A stretch of DNA of 59,051 nt, the filler included. It is 2 parts of 2 records of this genome, joined end to end, with 100 filler letters (N's around TTAATTAATTAA, not from the genome) between each part and the next. Parts side by side here need not be neighbours in the genome. Positions count along the whole stretch, not along the records: positions 1 to 31,321 come from SRR20825006_2532; 1 more part is not named here. One strand, written 5' to 3'. Below, in pieces: positions 9,518 through 18,816 of this stretch; the first letter of the stretch is position 1; each line of letters starts with the position of its first letter. The position numbers and the translations under genes are program-made. The notes beneath the pieces are model-generated. The model was not told the origin of the DNA. It saw nothing but the letters and a program-made list of their open reading frames with translations, and made no database searches.

Positions 9518-11806
9518 TTAGTATATCTTGATGTTAAGTTGAGTATAAAAAGTGATTCCTGGATTGGATGGGAGAAATTGGGAATCTTGATAATTCATGA
9601 TGTTGTCAATACCTAAAAGTAGCTTGAATCGGTTTGAAAATGTTTTAGCGATCGAGGTATTTACGATGGTATAGGCATCGGTATATTCTCCGTCATCAAT
9701 TCTGTTATTTACATTTATATCTGCGAAGCCATACTTCCCTCTGTATTGCATTCTTAGACTTGCATCCAGCCCTAAAGACTCAAGTGTGTAGAAAATTTTA
9801 AGATTACTGGTGTGTTTAGATCGATTAAATAACGGCACGTATTCCTTTTTAGTAATCGATACTACCTCACCATCCTGCACGTCATCCATTTGTGTGGTAA
9901 CTTCGCGTTGAGCGTCTAAATACTGATACCCTAGAGCTACTCTTAGACCTTTAACCAAGCTTGGCTTAAAACGAATTTCCGTCTCTAATCCCTGTGTATA
10001 AATCTTATTCAGGTTGAAATATGAAAAAATTGATTGCCCGTTTGTCTTTGTGGCTATTCGCTGTGTTTCAATAAGATCTCTAACATCATTTCTAAAAAGG
10101 TTCAAACGGAGTTGAACCTCGTCAGTTGGAAATAAATCCAAACCAGCGTTATAGGAAAAAGAATGCTCTGCTTTTATATCTTCAATTTGTTGAGGCGTAA
10201 AGTAAAGCTCTGCTATTTGGCCATTTTCTTGAAAAGTCTGTATTCCATCAGCCACTGTAGAAGAACCAAATACACTATATCCTGCTAATGGATTCGTAAA
10301 GTTTAGAAAGAGTTGTCTGAAATCTGGAGCTTTGAATCCACCGCCAATAGAAGCTCTTACATGAACATATTTATTGGGCTTGAACATGCTTGAAAGCTTT
10401 GGGCTTAACTGAGACTTATACTCGCTATGCATATCAAACCTAAAGCCACCGGTTATCGAAAATTTATCCGAAGGGCTCCACTCATGCTGGCCAAAAGCAA
10501 AGTAACTATCAAAGTTCGGAACTGATGCATAAATCTCGGAGTTCAACCCTTCACGATTTATTCCAGTACCAACTACGGTAGTTTGTTCTGGGCTCCAAAA
10601 CGTAGAACTTTTTACTTCTAACTTATTAAGGGTTTGATCAAAGGAATCATTGAAGTAAACCTCCCCAGATTCTGAGAAATTTAAATTGCTCTCATTCTTG
10701 AAACGACTAACAAACGATGTAATCTCAAAGTATTGTTTACTTCCGAAGTACAGCTTTAATTCTGGCGTTAGGCTATAATCTATTTGATAGTCATCCCCAT
10801 CCAACATTTTATTAGATCCAGAAACGGATATTTCATCTTTGTAAGATTGACTTTCTTTGTAGTACCGACCACTAATTCCAAGCGAAACTGTTTTTGCAAG
10901 GCGGTAATCTACTCCACTCGAAAGGGTATAATTTTGAAACGATGGGATGGTAGGAGCTAGCGTATTTTTGTTTAAATCATAACCTTCTGAGCCATTCACA
11001 TTTCCAAACAATCGCCCACTTAGTTTATCCGACCTAAATGACATGTTTGAAGACGCATCGTACGATTCATTCGAACCGTATCTTCCCGTTGTATTCCAAC
11101 TAAAAGGATCTCTACCTTTTTCGGTAATAATATTAATTACACCGGCAAGCGCATCACTGCCCCAGAGCGCCGATGACGGTCCTTTGACGATCTCTATCTG
11201 CTTAACATCCCCTACAGCCAGTCGGTCTAAATTTAGCGTTCCAGCCGTACGACCAATAACAGGTTGATTGTCGATAAGAATAAGTGTGTATTCTGGATCA
11301 AAACCTTGTATTTGAATACCCGTTCCATGATCTGAAACTATGTTTAGACCAACTTGCTCATTCAGTACGTCACTGAGCCTCAAGCTTCCCGAACTCTCAA
11401 TCTCGTTTTTACCTATAACAGTGATGGGAACACTTACATCTTCTAAATCTTTTTGTGTTCGAGAAGCAGTTATAACTACTGGCCTCTCTTCATACACTTT
11501 CTCCTCTAATTGGATAGCAAGAGTTACATTCTCTCCTGTTTTTAATGCCATATCTTGGTTGTATTCTGAATAACCAATTCTAGTAATTTTTAGAGTGTAT
11601 GTACCTTTTGCAATGGCTGTTAAAGAAAAATTACCCTTTTCGTCGGTTAATGCCCATTTCGATTCTGACAGATACACCTGAGCTTGGCTAATAGCTACAC
11701 CTTTCTCAGATGTTACTCGCCCTTTTACAGTTGCGGATTGAGCAAATGCAGAAATAGAAAACCCCCACAAAATACTTCCTAAAAGAAAGTGCTTGATATA
11801 TCTCAC
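9518..11806 (-). CDS. TonB-dependent haem receptor (HmuR-like) with N-terminal carboxypeptidase-regulatory-like domain
   Basis: Signal peptide, VVITASRT TonB-box region, plug IEIVKGPSSALWGSDALAGVINIIT, GFKAPDF, aromatic C-terminus; haem-locus context; GTG start. Confidence 0.88.
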   Translation of the reverse strand: MRYIKHFLLGSILWGFSISAFAQSATVKGRVTSEKGVAISQAQVYLSESKWALTDEKGNFSLTAIAKGTYTLKITRIGYSEYNQDMALKTGENVTLAIQLEEKVYEERPVVITASRTQKDLEDVSVPITVIGKNEIESSGSLRLSDVLNEQVGLNIVSDHGTGIQIQGFDPEYTLILIDNQPVIGRTAGTLNLDRLAVGDVKQIEIVKGPSSALWGSDALAGVINIITEKGRDPFSWNTTGRYGSNESYDASSNMSFRSDKLSGRLFGNVNGSEGYDLNKNTLAPTIPSFQNYTLSSGVDYRLAKTVSLGISGRYYKESQSYKDEISVSGSNKMLDGDDYQIDYSLTPELKLYFGSKQYFEITSFVSRFKNESNLNFSESGEVYFNDSFDQTLNKLEVKSSTFWSPEQTTVVGTGINREGLNSEIYASVPNFDSYFAFGQHEWSPSDKFSITGGFRFDMHSEYKSQLSPKLSSMFKPNKYVHVRASIGGGFKAPDFRQLFLNFTNPLAGYSVFGSSTVADGIQTFQENGQIAELYFTPQQIEDIKAEHSFSYNAGLDLFPTDEVQLRLNLFRNDVRDLIETQRIATKTNGQSIFSYFNLNKIYTQGLETEIRFKPSLVKGLRVALGYQYLDAQREVTTQMDDVQDGEVVSITKKEYVPLFNRSKHTSNLKIFYTLESLGLDASLRMQYRGKYGFADINVNNRIDDGEYTDAYTIVNTSIAKTFSNRFKLLLGIDNIMNYQDSQFLPSNPGITFYTQLNIKIY

Positions 11807-11822
11807 GTAGATTTTTTGTGAC

Positions 11823-11847
11823 TTTATTTAGAACCAGTCCAAATAAA
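11823..11847. promoter_or_regulatory. 10-5-10 palindromic operator (1 mismatch), probable Fur-type box upstream of the TonB receptor
   Basis: TTTATTTAGA-ACCAG-TCCAAATAAA, ~17 nt upstream of the start; same motif as 8348-8370. Confidence 0.7.
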
Positions 11848-12089
11848 CGAGAGAAATGTGAAGATTATGTGAAGAGCAGATAAAAACGTGCCTTTCAGTA
11901 TTCATAGACAACATAGCGTCTTCATATTACTAATGAGATAAATTTTAGAGCTAAAAAATTTTGGAAGAGGAGGAAGTTTTAAACAAAGAAAAAGGATTTA
12001 TCCGAATGTCTACATACCCGAGAATCTTCGACCGTTGAGTAGAGTATTCATGTACACTGGAAAATAGTTTTGAATAGTTTGTGATGCGT

Positions 12090-13658
12090 TTACCGCTTTT
12101 TCAGCAGAATCCCTGGGCGTGCACCTGTAAATTCGCCTTCTTGCTGCACTATTTCCCCATTTATAACAACATAGTCAAAGCCGGTGGCATACTGGTGTGG
12201 CTCTTCATAAACCGCCTTATCCACAATATGACTCGGGTTAAAAACCAATACATCTGCGGCAAAACCAGGCTTCAATATTCCTCTGGGGGCAAACTCTAGG
12301 GCATCAGAATCTCCTCGTGCTCGGTCAAGCCCAAGTAGTTCTGCTGTTTGTCCCGTCATCTTGTAAATAGCTTCCTCCAACGATAAAACTCCTTCTTCTT
12401 CCACAAATTGACGAATAATGCGTGCAAAAGAGCCGTACCCGCGAGGATGCTCCATGGTTGGCGATCCATCAGACGAAACTATCACGTTTTCGTCCATCAA
12501 AAACTGTCGCATTACATCTATATTCATCACAAAATAGGCTCCACTTGCTGAACTCGGTGGAAGATGATCGATGAGTACATCTTCGAAGGGTTTTTCCATT
12601 TCTTCTGAGATTTGGGCAAGGGTTTTTCCTGTCCATGGCGCCGTTCCAATTAGTGTTGCCGATGGTCCATTTCTACGTTGCACCCGATCACGTAAATATT
12701 GAGCTAATTCGGGTCGGCGTGTTTGCACAACTTCCTGAAAATCATTCGGCGGTAGCGCCCAATCGGGGTATAGAATTCCGATTCCAGTATAACTTGCTGC
12801 GTAAGGATATACATCAGCCGTAATGGAAACGCCTGCTGCACGGGCACTATCCATTACTGTAATAACCCGGTCGGCTACAGTAACTTCATTTCCGAAGACT
12901 ACTTTAATATGCGACACGTGCACACGAGCATTTCCGTCGTGCCCCATTTGTATTAATTCGCGAATTGAATTAGAAACCTGATCTTCGTCTTCATTACGTA
13001 TGTGGCTCAAAATCAAACCATCGTACTGCGAAACTACCTCGCTAACAACGGCTAACTCTTCACGATTTGCAAAAATGCCCGGAATATATTCAATACCTGT
13101 TGATACCCCAAAAGAGCCATCACGCAACTGTGTGTCTATAATGTGAGCCAAACTATCAAGTTGTGTATTATCTGGATTACGCTGAAGCCCGATGCCAGAA
13201 TATCGGCGGGCAGTTCCGTGCCCAACTGTATGAGCAATATTTACACCCGGACTTGCCTTTTGAACTTTTTCCATCCATTCGGGAAGATTGGCAATTCCTG
13301 GGCTCGCCCCGTCGAGACCTAAGAAAATTGTGGTTACGCCCATAGACCAAAAATTTCTAAAAGAGGGATCTACTTCGGCGTTGCCATGAGAATGTGGATC
13401 AATAAAACCCGGTGCAACTACTCTTCCTTTTGCATCAATTGATTCTTCTGCGTGAAACGCGGACAAATCTAACGAGCCTACATACACAATAAATCCGTCG
13501 TTTATCAGCACGCCTCCTTGATAAGCCTCCCCACCCGTTCCATCTACAATCTGAGCATTTTCAATCTTTACATCATAGGTAATATCCACTGGAGGAAGTG
13601 TTTCCTGCGAACATCCCAATACTAAAATCAACCAAAAACATACTAAAACACGCATCAT
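12090..13658 (-). CDS. N-acyl-D-amino-acid deacylase family amidohydrolase, lipoprotein
   Basis: Lipobox LVLG-C; PGFIDPHSH, SHIRNE, SHIK, DVYPY, SSDG..HPRGYGSF. Confidence 0.85.
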   Translation of the reverse strand: MMRVLVCFWLILVLGCSQETLPPVDITYDVKIENAQIVDGTGGEAYQGGVLINDGFIVYVGSLDLSAFHAEESIDAKGRVVAPGFIDPHSHGNAEVDPSFRNFWSMGVTTIFLGLDGASPGIANLPEWMEKVQKASPGVNIAHTVGHGTARRYSGIGLQRNPDNTQLDSLAHIIDTQLRDGSFGVSTGIEYIPGIFANREELAVVSEVVSQYDGLILSHIRNEDEDQVSNSIRELIQMGHDGNARVHVSHIKVVFGNEVTVADRVITVMDSARAAGVSITADVYPYAASYTGIGILYPDWALPPNDFQEVVQTRRPELAQYLRDRVQRRNGPSATLIGTAPWTGKTLAQISEEMEKPFEDVLIDHLPPSSASGAYFVMNIDVMRQFLMDENVIVSSDGSPTMEHPRGYGSFARIIRQFVEEEGVLSLEEAIYKMTGQTAELLGLDRARGDSDALEFAPRGILKPGFAADVLVFNPSHIVDKAVYEEPHQYATGFDYVVINGEIVQQEGEFTGARPGILLKKR

Positions 13659-13853
13659 CTTAACATTACTTATTATGAATCTTTCATTTGTGCAGATAGG
13701 TGAGATAACCCGCGATTAATACCTACGTCCACATAATCTTCATGGGCATATAAATACACAAACGATGTTAAAATAATTTCCGCTCAAACTCAAAACTACC
13801 TTCTCTACAGTTTTGTTGAAACAAACGCCAAGATAATAAGACAAACAATGCCT

Positions 13854-14135
13854 CTATTTTTCAATCTCAACACCTTTCCAAAAGGCGACATAATTTTTGA
13901 TTTGTGATGCTTTTTCCTTTGGTTCTGGATAATACCAAACAGCATTTTGATTAGTTTCGCCATCTACTTCTAGGGAATAATAACTTGCGGTTCCTTTCCA
14001 TGGGCAAACCGATTGATGGTTACTATCTTTAAAAAACTCTTTCTGTATAGAATCTTCCGGAAAGTAATGGTTTCCTTCAACTAATTCGGTGTGTTCACTT
14101 TCGGCGATTACTTTGCCATTCCAAACTGCTTTCAT
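13854..14135 (-). CDS. DUF427 family protein
   Basis: VEGNHYFP, CPWKGTASYY, AVWYYPEPK, VAFW. Confidence 0.9.
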   Translation of the reverse strand: MKAVWNGKVIAESEHTELVEGNHYFPEDSIQKEFFKDSNHQSVCPWKGTASYYSLEVDGETNQNAVWYYPEPKEKASQIKNYVAFWKGVEIEK

Positions 14136-14170
14136 ACTAAGCTCATTTTTTGATTAATAACTTAGTAGTA

Positions 14171-14554
14171 TTAATCTTTTTTAGAGGGAATACATTCCTT
14201 TGCTAGAAAAAGCCAACCTAGTATAAATGCTACGCCACCAAGTGGAGTTATAGCCCCGAGCCAAGTAATGTTTGTCAATGCCAAGGTATACAGGCTGAAT
14301 GAAAAGAATAGTATTCCAACAAAGAATAAAATCCCTGACCATTTTAGGAACGAGCTTTTTTTATCGCGAGCCACAAGCCCCACTAAAACGATAGCTATTG
14401 CGTGATAAAAGTGATATTGAGCTGCGGTTTCCCAATTCCCTAACCGTTCTGGGCTTACCATATCTTTAACTGCATGTGCTCCAAAAGCGCCGAATGCAAC
14501 AGCCAATGCAGCCATGATAGCACCAACTGCAATGAGTTTATTTGATCTTTCCAT
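14171..14554 (-). CDS. DUF423 (YgdD/TMEM256) membrane protein
   Basis: GAFGAH, YHFYHA, FSFSLY, GAITPLGG. Confidence 0.9.
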   Translation of the reverse strand: MERSNKLIAVGAIMAALAVAFGAFGAHAVKDMVSPERLGNWETAAQYHFYHAIAIVLVGLVARDKKSSFLKWSGILFFVGILFFSFSLYTLALTNITWLGAITPLGGVAFILGWLFLAKECIPSKKD

Positions 14555-15210
14555 TATGCTTTAAAATCAATCTTTCGGTGAGAGCCATCACAAAATGGTT
14601 TGTTTTCAGAAGCTCCACATCTACAATAGCTCATCTTTTTGGCGGTTTCTATAGAGTTTTCAGAACCTACAACTTCATAATTTCCATTCACAAGAAAAGC
14701 GCCATTTGCTACAAGCTTTACAGTCAACTCGCCATCTAACTCTTCCGTTGGCTCTAGTTCTAAACGCTCTGGATTGTATAAACTATTCGCTTTAAAATCA
14801 GCTTCAATGTGCGAATTATCACAGAAAGGTTTATTGGATGAAGCTCCACAACGGCAAAGCGCCATTCGTGTATCTCGCATTATTTCTTCATCATCACCAT
14901 TTGTAAGAACAATATTGCCATTTAAATAAATAGGGCCATCTTCGGTGATTACTAGTTTATTTACAGGCGGAATTGCTTCAACATCTTCTACTTTTTTCAA
15001 CTGATAATGGAGCGCACCTGTAGGGCATTTTTCGATTACAGCTTTCAATTGCTCTATATCTTGAGCTCCATCTGGATTAATCCAAGGCTTTTTAGTGATA
15101 TCAAAAACCTCTGGTAAACCATGCACACATTCTTTGGCATGAATGCAACGCTTGAGGTCCCAGCTTACTTTAATTTCGTCGTTCTCGTAGGTGAATTTCT
15201 TTGATTCCAT
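14554..15210 (-). CDS. Fe-S protein: YjdI-like 4Fe-4S domain plus two CDGSH domains
   Basis: CIHAKEC...KPWINPD...CPTGAL; CRCGASSNKPFCDNSH; CRCGASENKPFCDGSH. Confidence 0.88.
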   Translation of the reverse strand: MESKKFTYENDEIKVSWDLKRCIHAKECVHGLPEVFDITKKPWINPDGAQDIEQLKAVIEKCPTGALHYQLKKVEDVEAIPPVNKLVITEDGPIYLNGNIVLTNGDDEEIMRDTRMALCRCGASSNKPFCDNSHIEADFKANSLYNPERLELEPTEELDGELTVKLVANGAFLVNGNYEVVGSENSIETAKKMSYCRCGASENKPFCDGSHRKIDFKA

Positions 15211-15214
15211 AATT

Positions 15215-16087
15215 CTAAAATTTTACAGTGAAACTAACAAAAGGAACCATAGCACCAACTCCATCCCCAACTATAAAACCTAAATCTGCAGCAATGGTTT
15301 GGCCGATAAATCTACCGCCAAGCACGCCAATAGGAATCAAGTCGCCTTCACCACTAGGAAATACAAAGTTCTCAGATAATAGAGCAAATTTCTCAGAAAC
15401 TCGAAATTGAGCGCCTATGATAGTCATCAAATCACTTGCTCCATCCTCTGTAATTCCAAGACCTAATCCAGCCGTAAGATCGAGTCGATTCCAAGAATAG
15501 GTAGTGGCTCCAAAAATAGTAGAGAACCCAATATCAGCATCAAATCCAGAGAAATAGCTCGCCGTTCCAGAAACCGAAAGATTTTCACTAACATTTGTAC
15601 CTATTTTTACGCTTCCAGAAAGTAACTGCTCACTAAAATCTAAGCCTGGAACCATACTAAAATTACTTGATAGGGTTATATTTTTTGTAACACCATACGA
15701 AAGCGTTGAAATGAAAATATAGGTGTTTTGATAATATCCTGACCCAGCTTCCGACATCCTACCACTTTGGGTTATAAATAATTTGTTAGCAGCTGGGTTT
15801 TTATACCACCTTGTAGTTGGGTCATTATCATCTACTAATTCTACAGATTTAATTCTATCATATTTAAAATTAAAAACTCCATCTTTAGTCTTAACACCAG
15901 CAGATAAATCGTCTACAGCTTCTACAAAACCCGAAAATGTATTTCCATTCGTAAGGGTTACGAATACTTCTTGCCCATTTTCTTTAGCCTCCATAAAAAC
16001 AGCTTTAAATTTAGAAACCTGAGCCATTGTTACCGATGAACCCAACAACAATACAACTGCTGATAGATATAAAATTTTAAATTTCAT
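15215..16087 (-). CDS. Exported hypothetical protein (small N-terminal domain plus probable beta-barrel)
   Basis: Signal peptide; amphipathic strands; C-terminal Phe. Confidence 0.6.
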   Translation of the reverse strand: MKFKILYLSAVVLLLGSSVTMAQVSKFKAVFMEAKENGQEVFVTLTNGNTFSGFVEAVDDLSAGVKTKDGVFNFKYDRIKSVELVDDNDPTTRWYKNPAANKLFITQSGRMSEAGSGYYQNTYIFISTLSYGVTKNITLSSNFSMVPGLDFSEQLLSGSVKIGTNVSENLSVSGTASYFSGFDADIGFSTIFGATTYSWNRLDLTAGLGLGITEDGASDLMTIIGAQFRVSEKFALLSENFVFPSGEGDLIPIGVLGGRFIGQTIAADLGFIVGDGVGAMVPFVSFTVKF

Positions 16088-16194
16088 GGTGGAATAATTT
16101 TTCTGGAAAGGGAATTTATAATAGAAAACGATGAGCCTAAAGCAAAGAACTAATATTTAGAAACTTTCGAGTTTCAAAAATTGAAATCTCAATT

Positions 16195-16668
16195 TTAATC
16201 CATGTTATCCATCCTTAACCACTTAGCGTAGGTTTCGTCGTCCCACATACTTTGGATGTAAGCAATTACCGCTTCTTTTTCTTCGTCATTAAGTATTCCT
16301 TTAAATGCTGGCATCGTTCCGCCAAGAGGAATACCCCCATTATCGATGGTTTCTAAAAGTACAAACTTAGGGTGATGCCAAGTATGCGCGGTTCCATTTA
16401 AAGGTGGTGCCGGAAAATTCCCCGCATCGTCGGGCCTTTTCCAATTTTCAACTATTCCCTGACCTAAGTTACCATGACATACAGCACAATTTGTAGCAAA
16501 CACTTGTTTTCCCACTTCAAACTGTTGTTCGGTAAACCATCTGTTTTCTTTGAAGGAAATAGATTCTGAGCTGACTGACTTCTTTTTTGCTTCTTTATTA
16601 CAGCTAGTAAATGAAACTCCTATTAAAGCGAAAATAAATAGTTTTAGTACTTTTTTTCTATGTGTCAT
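16195..16668 (-). CDS. Monohaem c-type cytochrome lipoprotein
   Basis: CAVCH, APPLNGTAHTWHH, distal Met in GTMPAF; lipobox FTS-C; likely start MTHRKK at 16668 rather than 16716. Confidence 0.85.
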   Translation of the reverse strand: MTHRKKVLKLFIFALIGVSFTSCNKEAKKKSVSSESISFKENRWFTEQQFEVGKQVFATNCAVCHGNLGQGIVENWKRPDDAGNFPAPPLNGTAHTWHHPKFVLLETIDNGGIPLGGTMPAFKGILNDEEKEAVIAYIQSMWDDETYAKWLRMDNMD

Positions 16669-17116
16669 TATTATACTTGATAAAGGGTATTTGATGATTT
16701 TCTGCAAGATAAACACTCAGAACGGGTAAAAAAGTAATCTGAAGAATCGGCGCCAACCCAATATTGTAATTAAATACATAGAGAGTAAGCATACTCGTAT
16801 CATAGGTCCAAAGCTCCAAGTATAATGCCATCCATTCAAGAAAGATACTGGCTCCAAAACTTAGTGCTAGTAATAATAGGTATTTTATCACTGTTTTTTG
16901 AAGTAGACCTGTTGATTTAATCAATTTCTTCAATCCTTGCCAAAGGCCTAGCACAATTAGTATATCTCCAAAAACCGCCCCCCACATCCAAAGAGTTGCT
17001 TTCAAAAATCCCCAACTCCACATCTCATAAAAAAACAGACATTGAGTAAATTCCCAAATTGTGTTTAATAGAAATGCCCAAAAAATTACTCTGGCCATTT
17101 TATTTTTTCCCATCAT
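16658..17116 (-). CDS. Hypothetical 4-TM membrane protein of the copper cluster
   Basis: LN.IWEF.Q, GD, EW.AL...W.Y..M, GL.PILQ motifs; co-oriented in the operon. Confidence 0.65.
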   Translation of the reverse strand: MMGKNKMARVIFWAFLLNTIWEFTQCLFFYEMWSWGFLKATLWMWGAVFGDILIVLGLWQGLKKLIKSTGLLQKTVIKYLLLLALSFGASIFLEWMALYLELWTYDTSMLTLYVFNYNIGLAPILQITFLPVLSVYLAENHQIPFIKYNNDT

Positions 17117-17134
17117 CCTGTATAAGAAGATAAA

Positions 17135-17617
17135 TTAGTTTCTCATAGCTCTGGATGAGCCATGATTCTGCATAATCTTCCAACCTGTTTCCGTTTTTTT
17201 GAGTACAGAGGTAGCCACCGCTTGTCTTTCTATGGTTCTACTCTCATCTCCTCCGGTCACGATCTTATAATTATACGTCTCGAAAGCCACCGCGACATTC
17301 CCTTCTATTTGTACATCCACCATGTAGTCACTAAAAGAGAATTCCTTAAACTGCCCTAACTCAGGTCCAATATGGTGATCTAGGTATTTCTTATAGGTCC
17401 CTTCATGGCTCCCATTCTCAAAAATTGCTGAGTTTTCAGTAAAAAGCTTTTCTGTGCCGGATACATCCAAAGCTTCAAGGGCGTTCTTGTAAGCCTTCAG
17501 CACTTTCTTTACTGCTACTGTTTCTTCGGAAGAAATCATTTCTTTATGATCATTATGCTGAGCATATATCAATCCAGAAGGTGATAATAAAAGAAATATT
17601 AATATAATTTTTTTCAT
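17135..17617 (-). CDS. Exported NTF2/SnoaL-like (DUF4440/YybH-like) protein
   Basis: Signal peptide; FENG...Y.DHHIGPEL; T.VLKK...GWKI...H.S. Confidence 0.75.
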   Translation of the reverse strand: MKKIILIFLLLSPSGLIYAQHNDHKEMISSEETVAVKKVLKAYKNALEALDVSGTEKLFTENSAIFENGSHEGTYKKYLDHHIGPELGQFKEFSFSDYMVDVQIEGNVAVAFETYNYKIVTGGDESRTIERQAVATSVLKKTETGWKIMQNHGSSRAMRN

Positions 17618-17660
17618 AATCGTGTAGACTCTTTATTGGTTTATAGACTTGAATTTAACT

Positions 17661-18794
17661 TTACAGCTTGGTCATGCTCATTTTCTCTAAAACTACGGTC
17701 CCACTCCCATTAATTTTCAACCCTACTCCACCTGCTTTAGGAGCATCACTATGTCCGTGAACTATCATTTTTTTATCCACATAACCTCTAAAATGAGTTC
17801 CATTTCCTACAACCCGAACAAACATAGGCTTTGAAACATCTGTAGTTCCTTCTTCAAATATTTCTTCCTTTCCTTTTAACATTCGGCCTTGCTTAACAGC
17901 ACCATTTGAAGAAATTGATACAAAGTCGAAGTTAAGCTCGTCTTGCACATTGTTTGTCAGCATCACTATTCCATTAAGTGTTGAAATGTCTATATAATAA
18001 TCTACTTGAACCATTTTATAGGATTCGTGCCCTACAAAAAAGCCATTTAAATTACTTCCACTCAAAATTAGTGCATAACTGCCTTTGGTAGTTTTCACTG
18101 CTTCGGCATTTACTTCTTCTAAACTTCCTGTTAACCAATGGAAATTTTTCTTCAAATCCGAAATGGCATTTTTATCTATGTTCCATTCCCAGTTTCCGTT
18201 ATCTACCACTTTAAAAGCGGTAGCTCTTCCTATTGAAACATCATCATGACTTTCTTCTGGTTCTGCATGTTCACCTTCATCTTCACCAGGCTCATCGTGA
18301 TCTGTTTCATGATCGGGCTGTGCCGGATTATCTAAGTTAACAGCCTGAACTCCTACTCCATGCTGATAAACCATCTGTCCTCCTCTATCACTCGTTTGAA
18401 ATAATAGAAAAGCCCCAACGAATGAAAGCAAGGTTAACCCAACTCTTATTATTTTTAGCTCAGATTTATTCCAAAAATACACTCCAATCCTCAAGAGGGC
18501 ATATAATCCCATAAACCAAACAGTGTACTCAGCCCAGTCTGCATGAGCCGTTAATAAGTTTTGAGTTTCAGCTTCAATAAAGACACTATCTGCAGCTTCC
18601 TTTCCTGAGAAATAAGTTCCCACTGCTACAATTCCTGATAGCCCATATAATATTAAATTCTTCTTTTCGTCCCACCAATCTTTAGGGAGAACATAGCCTG
18701 CCACATCCATAAGAATAGCGAGCATAAACAGTGCTATTGGGAAGTGGACGATCATGGGATGTAAGTTTGGTGCCCATTCTGGTATAAATTCCAT
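17661..18794 (-). CDS. DUF2231 membrane domain + His/acidic linker + beta-sandwich domain
   Basis: HPMIVHFPIAL, conserved His (TAH), GGQMVYQHGVGV; linker DHETDHDEPGEDEGEHAEPEESHDD. Confidence 0.72.
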   Translation of the reverse strand: MEFIPEWAPNLHPMIVHFPIALFMLAILMDVAGYVLPKDWWDEKKNLILYGLSGIVAVGTYFSGKEAADSVFIEAETQNLLTAHADWAEYTVWFMGLYALLRIGVYFWNKSELKIIRVGLTLLSFVGAFLLFQTSDRGGQMVYQHGVGVQAVNLDNPAQPDHETDHDEPGEDEGEHAEPEESHDDVSIGRATAFKVVDNGNWEWNIDKNAISDLKKNFHWLTGSLEEVNAEAVKTTKGSYALILSGSNLNGFFVGHESYKMVQVDYYIDISTLNGIVMLTNNVQDELNFDFVSISSNGAVKQGRMLKGKEEIFEEGTTDVSKPMFVRVVGNGTHFRGYVDKKMIVHGHSDAPKAGGVGLKINGSGTVVLEKMSMTKL

Positions 18795-18816
18795 CGTGTC
18801 TCTTATTTAATTATGG

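Noticed and set aside
16160-16175. GAAACT-TTCG-AGTTTC hairpin and a TATTTAGA half-site after the copper operon
   Set aside because: Weak AT-rich stem with no proper U-tract on the minus strand; the second half of the operator is absent.
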